Shown here: positions 59,261 to 64,000 of the stretch, in pieces
How positions within the stretch are numbered: position 1 is the first letter of the stretch
Layout of the letters: each line of letters starts with the position of its first letter
Source of the DNA: Candidatus Cloacimonadota bacterium
Lineage (GTDB): Bacteria > Cloacimonadota > Cloacimonadia > JGIOTU-2
NCBI GenBank assembly: GCA_030613025.1
Contig: JAUWMT010000002.1
Coordinates: 19,945 to 83,944, forward strand
Direction: 5' to 3'
Length of the DNA: 64,000 nucleotides
The notes under the pieces: generated by a model
Told to the model about the DNA's origin: nothing
Seen by the model: only the letters and a program-made list of their open reading frames with translations
The model's database searches: none
Made by a program: the position numbers and the translations under genes

Positions 59261-60160
59261 TTAAGTATTTTTCTTTGTAAAATCTACATTGAAAACCCAC
59301 ACGGTCTTCTTATAGTCCACGAATTCTACTCCTAAATTAGCCTTTAGATGTTTTAAGTTAAATTTTAGTTTTGCATTAATACCGTAATCATCTAAATATT
59401 CTAATTCTACTGATACACTTTTTAATCCATGTTCAACTCGTTCTCTAGCCATTTCCTTCCATGTATTTTCATAGGGAAACCATACAAGATCATTGGATAT
59501 TTCTGGTTTAGATTCATTATTAAGGTCAGCTTTATAAACAATTGATTTATCTCTTAATTTATTTTTTTCATACTTTCCATCAACTGAAGCTATTGATATA
59601 TCAATTTCACCACCAGAAAGTATCTCTGTTTTGTATCCCTCAACACTTTGTGCTTTAATTCGTCTTGTACCTAGAGATGATATTAATCTCAACAATTCGG
59701 CAAATTTGTGTTCAAAAACAAATCTATGAAAATATGCAATTGGGAAATATATTTTTTCCTCCGTAGGATGTCCTACATATATTTGTCCATTCGTTGAAGG
59801 GTGTCCTGGTGGTAAGCTAAGGTATTTTGAAAATTGTAAAGGAAGTAATAATAAATTTTCTTCAGACGACCTTCTTCTATTAATACCTTTAATAAAATTA
59901 AGAATAGGTACAGTTGCAATCATTAGTGCTAATAATACACTAGGTAATATAAATAAGCCTGCAGACGTAGAAATTATTCTTGCAAGACTCGTTAGCCCCA
60001 TTAGGGAAATGATCTCATAAAGGGATTTCTTTATCTGGTTCTGATTTATTCCAGATGCATTTTTTTCCCGCTCTTGACTCTCTGTGTAAGCTTTATTTGG
60101 AATAAATGTAATGATTTTTCTTTCTGCATAATACATATCAAGAAATTTTGTTATATCCAT
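59261..60160 (-). CDS. hypothetical protein with two adjacent TM helices and a ~190-aa C-terminal domain
   Basis: 299-aa ORF; hydrophobic segment LYEIISLMGLTSLARIISTSAGLFILPSVLLALMIATVPILNFI; no recognisable catalytic motif. Confidence 0.45.
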   Translation of the reverse strand: MDITKFLDMYYAERKIITFIPNKAYTESQEREKNASGINQNQIKKSLYEIISLMGLTSLARIISTSAGLFILPSVLLALMIATVPILNFIKGINRRRSSEENLLLLPLQFSKYLSLPPGHPSTNGQIYVGHPTEEKIYFPIAYFHRFVFEHKFAELLRLISSLGTRRIKAQSVEGYKTEILSGGEIDISIASVDGKYEKNKLRDKSIVYKADLNNESKPEISNDLVWFPYENTWKEMARERVEHGLKSVSVELEYLDDYGINAKLKFNLKHLKANLGVEFVDYKKTVWVFNVDFTKKNT

Positions 60161-60376
60161 ATATATTTTCCTCTTTTAATTAGAATTTCCTTTTTTTTCT
60201 TAACTATTTAATTTTTCCGCAAAAATTTTAATATAACAATCCTAATTTCTTAATCATTTATTTAATTTCTTAATCTTTTTGTCAATTCTTTCTTTTCAAA
60301 ATCATTTTCTTGACACGTCAAGAGTTAGTATACCAGTTTTGGTTCAAATAAAATAATTCGGATGGAGGTTCATCGC

Positions 60377-60475
60377 ATGATCAGACTTATTCCCAATGAC
60401 GCAACTGGTCTATCTACAATACAAATAGTGTGCTTTTCAGTTGTTTCAACAACCGCCTGTCCGAGGTTCATATAA
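60377..60475 (+). CDS. small ORF (32 aa, MIRLIPNDATGLSTIQIVCFSVVSTTACPRFI) with strong RBS upstream of the ABC exporters
   Basis: GGATGGAGG RBS 7 nt before ATG; followed by a strong terminator. Confidence 0.35.
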   Translation: MIRLIPNDATGLSTIQIVCFSVVSTTACPRFI

Positions 60476-60495
60476 TATAACATTTTTTAATGTAA

Positions 60496-60526
60496 GCCAC
60501 GGACGAGCGATTCCGTGGCTTTTTTA
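60496..60526 (+). terminator. rho-independent terminator gccacgga-cgagcgat-tccgtggc + T6
   Basis: perfect 8-bp GC-rich stem followed by tttttt, located between the small ORF and the ABC transporter gene. Confidence 0.75.
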
Positions 60527-60613
60527 GTTTATACCTTTCCAGAACAAGACCCCGGATTCATCTCTAAATTGCGTTTTATTTTATGTTAATCAATATTTTT
60601 TAAGCAGGTCTTT

Positions 60614-62479
60614 ATGAAAAAATTATATTATTTATGGCAATTTATGAAGGGCAACAGAGCTCTCTATATCATATCCATCGCAGCGATTGGAATGGCTACA
60701 TTTCTATCATTCTTCTGGCCAATGGTACTTCGGATAACCGTTGACTCTATTATTGGTGGAAAAGCTCTCGAAACTCAGGGTTGGCTCAAACCGCTGTTCT
60801 CAGGCGCTTATGATTTCTTTGGCGGGCACTCCGGACTCGTAGGCAAGCTCTGGATCTGCAGCATATTACTTATTGTTATCACTTCAATAAGAGGAATATT
60901 TCTATACTTAAAAGGAAAGTGGTCTGCAATTGCATCGGAATCCATCGCTCAAAAAATTCGAGATAAGGTGTATGATCATCTCCAGCTTTTACCCTATAAT
61001 TATCATGTTAAAGCAAAAACAGGTGATCTAATCCAACGGTGCACCTCGGATGTGGAGACGGTTAGAAGGTTTCTATCGATTCAATTCGTTGAAGTGGGAA
61101 GAGCATTATTCATGGTCGGATTTGCGCTTTCTTTCATGCTACCAATGAGTGTTCCAATGACGCTGGTTTCTATGGCACTTGTCCCTTTTATCTTCGGATT
61201 TGCGGTGATTTTCTTCATCAAAGTAAAAAAGGCATTCCAGCTTTCCGACGAATCTGAAGGAAGAATGTCAACAGTACTTCAGGAGAACCTTTCCGGCGTA
61301 AGAGTGGTGCGTGCCTTTGCTCGTCAAGCACACGAGATCGATAAATTCGATGGTAAAAACAGTGAATACCGAGATCTTACCTATAGATTGATCTGGCTTC
61401 TGGCATGGTATTGGTCGATATCGGATTTTCTCTCTCTCATTCAGATCGCAGCGGTACTGATTCTCGGAACTTTCTGGGCTGCAAATGGTGTGATATCTCT
61501 CGGTACACTCTTGGCATTCTCAACTTTTGTGGGCATGATGCTCTGGCCTATCAGGCAGATGGGAAGAGTGCTTACGGATATGGGTAAGACAATGGTTTCT
61601 GTCGGTCGTATTCATGAAATCCTCGATGAACCGATTGAAGAATTTAGCGATGGTGAAGAAATAACGGTAAAAGGCAAGATCGAATTCAAGAATGTGAGTT
61701 TTGAATACGTGCCGGAAAAACCCGTGTTAAAGGACGTTTCATTCAGTGTAGAGCCCGGTCAAACAGTTGCAATTCTTGGGCCCACAGGTTCAGGAAAATC
61801 TACCTTGGTTCATCTTCTTCCACGTCTGTATGATTATACAAGTGGTTCGATAACTATCGACGGCATGGAGCTTAAGGATATAGATAAGCATGCAATCCGA
61901 AAGAATGTCGGACTCGTGCTTCAGGAGCCATTTCTGTTTTCCCGCACTCTAAAAGAGAATATCGGGATGAGCAGAATTAATTCTGAAGATGACGAGATTT
62001 TCGAAGCCGCACAGATAGCTTCAGTTCATGACGTGATATTGGATTTCCAGAAAGGATATGAAACTGCAGTTGGTGAACGTGGTGTAACTTTATCCGGCGG
62101 CCAGAAACAGAGAGTGGCAATGGCAAGAACCCTGGTAATGGAAACACCAATTCTGATTTTTGATGATTCCCTCAGTGCGGTTGACACAGAAACCGATGCT
62201 GCAATAAGAGCTCAACTGAATAAGAGAGCACAGAAGGCAACGACCTTCATTATTTCTCATCGGCTGATTACACTTTCTGAAGCTGATATCATTCTCGTTC
62301 TTGAGCATGGCGAACTCGTTCAGATCGGTTCTCATGAAGAGCTTGTCGTTCAGGAAGGATTGTATAAGCGCATCTGGACGATCCAGAATTCCCTGGAAGA
62401 AGAACTGGAAACCGAACTGAGCAAAAATGACATAAAAATCGGCATTGATAAAAAGAAAATTTCTTTGGAAACAGCTTAA
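60614..62479 (+). CDS. ABC transporter permease/ATP-binding protein (type I exporter, MsbA/heterodimeric multidrug-exporter-like)
   Basis: 6-TM N-terminus, Walker A GPTGSGKST, signature LSGGQKQR, Walker B ILIFDDSLSAVD. Confidence 0.9.
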   Translation: MKKLYYLWQFMKGNRALYIISIAAIGMATFLSFFWPMVLRITVDSIIGGKALETQGWLKPLFSGAYDFFGGHSGLVGKLWICSILLIVITSIRGIFLYLKGKWSAIASESIAQKIRDKVYDHLQLLPYNYHVKAKTGDLIQRCTSDVETVRRFLSIQFVEVGRALFMVGFALSFMLPMSVPMTLVSMALVPFIFGFAVIFFIKVKKAFQLSDESEGRMSTVLQENLSGVRVVRAFARQAHEIDKFDGKNSEYRDLTYRLIWLLAWYWSISDFLSLIQIAAVLILGTFWAANGVISLGTLLAFSTFVGMMLWPIRQMGRVLTDMGKTMVSVGRIHEILDEPIEEFSDGEEITVKGKIEFKNVSFEYVPEKPVLKDVSFSVEPGQTVAILGPTGSGKSTLVHLLPRLYDYTSGSITIDGMELKDIDKHAIRKNVGLVLQEPFLFSRTLKENIGMSRINSEDDEIFEAAQIASVHDVILDFQKGYETAVGERGVTLSGGQKQRVAMARTLVMETPILIFDDSLSAVDTETDAAIRAQLNKRAQKATTFIISHRLITLSEADIILVLEHGELVQIGSHEELVVQEGLYKRIWTIQNSLEEELETELSKNDIKIGIDKKKISLETA

Positions 62480-62517
62480 TAAAATGGCAATTCAAAAAAT
62501 TATTTAGGATAAATAAA

Positions 62518-64000
62518 ATGAGTGTGTATAAAGAACAGGAATATACAAAAAGATTCGATTTCTCTCTCTGGAAGAAATTGTCTCAGTTCATCAAACCTTA
62601 CAAAAAAAGATTGCTGATTCTTGCATTCTTCATGCTGTCACTTGCAGGTGTCGATGTGATACTTCCTCTAATGACCAAATATGCGATCGACCATTTCGTT
62701 GTTGCGCAAAACACAGATGGGATAGTGGTTTTTGGAATAGTATATTTTGTGCTCATCATAGTGCAAAGCATGAATATATACTTCTTTATCGCAATTGCAG
62801 GAAAGATCGAGATGGGTATATCTTATGATATTCGAAAAAAGGGTTTCAAGCATCTTCAGGAGCTTTCGTTCAATTATTATGATAAAACTCCTGTTGGCTG
62901 GATCATGACCAGAATGACATCGGACAGCACACGTCTCGGAGAATTCATTTCCTGGGGTTTGGTCGATATGGTCTGGGGTATTTCACTTATGCTCGGGATT
63001 GTATTCGTGATGCTCTTCATGAATTGGAAACTGGCGCTTATCACTTTGACTGTTGTTCCAGTACTGATTGTGATCAGCTTGTATTTTCAGAAGAAAATCC
63101 TCAAAGCATACAGAAAAGTCAGAAAGATAAACTCCCAGATCACAGGAGCTTTCAGCGAAGGGATCACTGGAGCAAAGACAACAAAGACACTTGTTCGTGA
63201 AGAAGAAAACCTGCTTGAATTTCAGGAGATCACGATAAAAATGAACCGCTCCTCAGTACGCACCGCGATATTTTCATCGCTCTATCTGCCGGTCGTCCTT
63301 ACCCTTGGAAGCATAGGAACAGGACTTGTGCTCTGGAGAGGTGGCTCTGGCGTGCTTCTTGGAACGATATCTTATGGAACGCTTGTCGCATTCATCTCAT
63401 ACACGGTTCAATTCTTCGAACCTCTTCGTGAACTTTCACGAGTGTTTGCAGAGCTACAGAATGCGCAGGCATCAGCAGAGAGAATTTTCTCTATGATCGA
63501 CGAAAAACCCGATATTCAGGACACCTCAGAAGTTGTTGATGAGTATGGAGATATTACAGAATCCAAAAAGGAAAATTGGCCTGAAATTGATGGAAATATC
63601 AATTTTAAGGATGTTTCTTTCGGGTATAAAGACGGTGAATTAGTTCTCGACGACTTCAATCTTGAGGTTCAGGCAGGAGAGACAATTGCGCTCGTCGGAG
63701 AGACAGGTTCCGGCAAAAGCACGATTGTAAATCTCGCTTGCAGGTTCTATGAACCTACAAAAGGAGAAGTGCTTATTGATGGTGTCGATTACAGGAAAAG
63801 ATCGTTGCTCTGGCTTCATTCAAATCTTGGATATGTTCTCCAAACTCCACATCTTTTCAGCGGAACGATAAAAGAGAATATTGCCTATGGAAGACTCGAT
63901 GCAACTGATAGGGAGATCAATGAAGCTGCCAAATTGGTCAATGCTCATGAGTTTATATCGAATCTGCAAGATGGTTATGATTCTGAAGTTGGAGAAGGCG
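62518..64000 (+). CDS. second ABC exporter permease/ATPase (3' end truncated by the window)
   Basis: TMD then Walker A GETGSGKST; partner of the preceding gene; runs off the window end. Confidence 0.9.
   Translation, partial: MSVYKEQEYTKRFDFSLWKKLSQFIKPYKKRLLILAFFMLSLAGVDVILPLMTKYAIDHFVVAQNTDGIVVFGIVYFVLIIVQSMNIYFFIAIAGKIEMGISYDIRKKGFKHLQELSFNYYDKTPVGWIMTRMTSDSTRLGEFISWGLVDMVWGISLMLGIVFVMLFMNWKLALITLTVVPVLIVISLYFQKKILKAYRKVRKINSQITGAFSEGITGAKTTKTLVREEENLLEFQEITIKMNRSSVRTAIFSSLYLPVVLTLGSIGTGLVLWRGGSGVLLGTISYGTLVAFISYTVQFFEPLRELSRVFAELQNAQASAERIFSMIDEKPDIQDTSEVVDEYGDITESKKENWPEIDGNINFKDVSFGYKDGELVLDDFNLEVQAGETIALVGETGSGKSTIVNLACRFYEPTKGEVLIDGVDYRKRSLLWLHSNLGYVLQTPHLFSGTIKENIAYGRLDATDREINEAAKLVNAHEFISNLQDGYDSEVGEG

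Overview
This is a low-GC (about 38-40%) bacterial chromosomal segment of roughly 60 genes. The genes suggest an anaerobic fermentative or syntrophic lifestyle. The lineage assignment (Cloacimonadota-like, FCB-related) is inference from gene content only.

Core content, in order along the window:
- TPR-repeat/trypsin-like protease fusion
- NapH-like membrane polyferredoxin
- membrane H+/Na+-pyrophosphatase
- secreted caspase(C14)-domain protein + FGE-sulfatase-domain protein + DUF4384-like lipoprotein
- a long Mbh/Mrp-type group-4 [NiFe]-hydrogenase operon, preceded by a sulfhydrogenase beta/gamma-like (AsrA/AsrB-like) NAD(P)H module and followed by hypF-C-D-E
- Na/Pi cotransporter + PhoU-like regulator
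- minus-strand rnfCDGEAB, ftsY, tRNA-Val(CAC), pyruvate phosphate dikinase, nadD, BamD-like and CpoB-like TPR lipoproteins, an aminopeptidase, isocitrate/isopropylmalate dehydrogenase-family enzyme, greA
- two very large T9SS-cargo proteins (an S8 peptidase and a LamG/PKD/beta-helix adhesin) with a PorV/PorQ-like outer-membrane protein
- a 3'-truncated pair of ABC exporters at the right edge

Most interesting observations:
- An AT-rich accessory insert between phoU and rnfB carries an FRG-domain gene and a HepT/MNT toxin-antitoxin pair. Four copies of a 29-nt near-perfect palindrome delimit the two cassettes.
- A family of GxxExxY (PD-(D/E)XK-like) mini-elements sits inside the hydrogenase operon: one intact and one truncated copy, plus three ORF-less remnants at other loci that share a conserved 5' segment.
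- The hydrogenase maturation endopeptidase gene is frameshifted at an A10 homopolymer.
- The hydrogenase has an unusual modular composition: group-3b-like diaphorase, group-4 catalytic core and Mrp antiporter.
- The caspase/FGE/DUF4384 genes are each followed by hairpin repeats.
- A small ORF with its own terminator lies upstream of the ABC exporter pair.

No rRNA, CRISPR array, integrase or transposase was seen.
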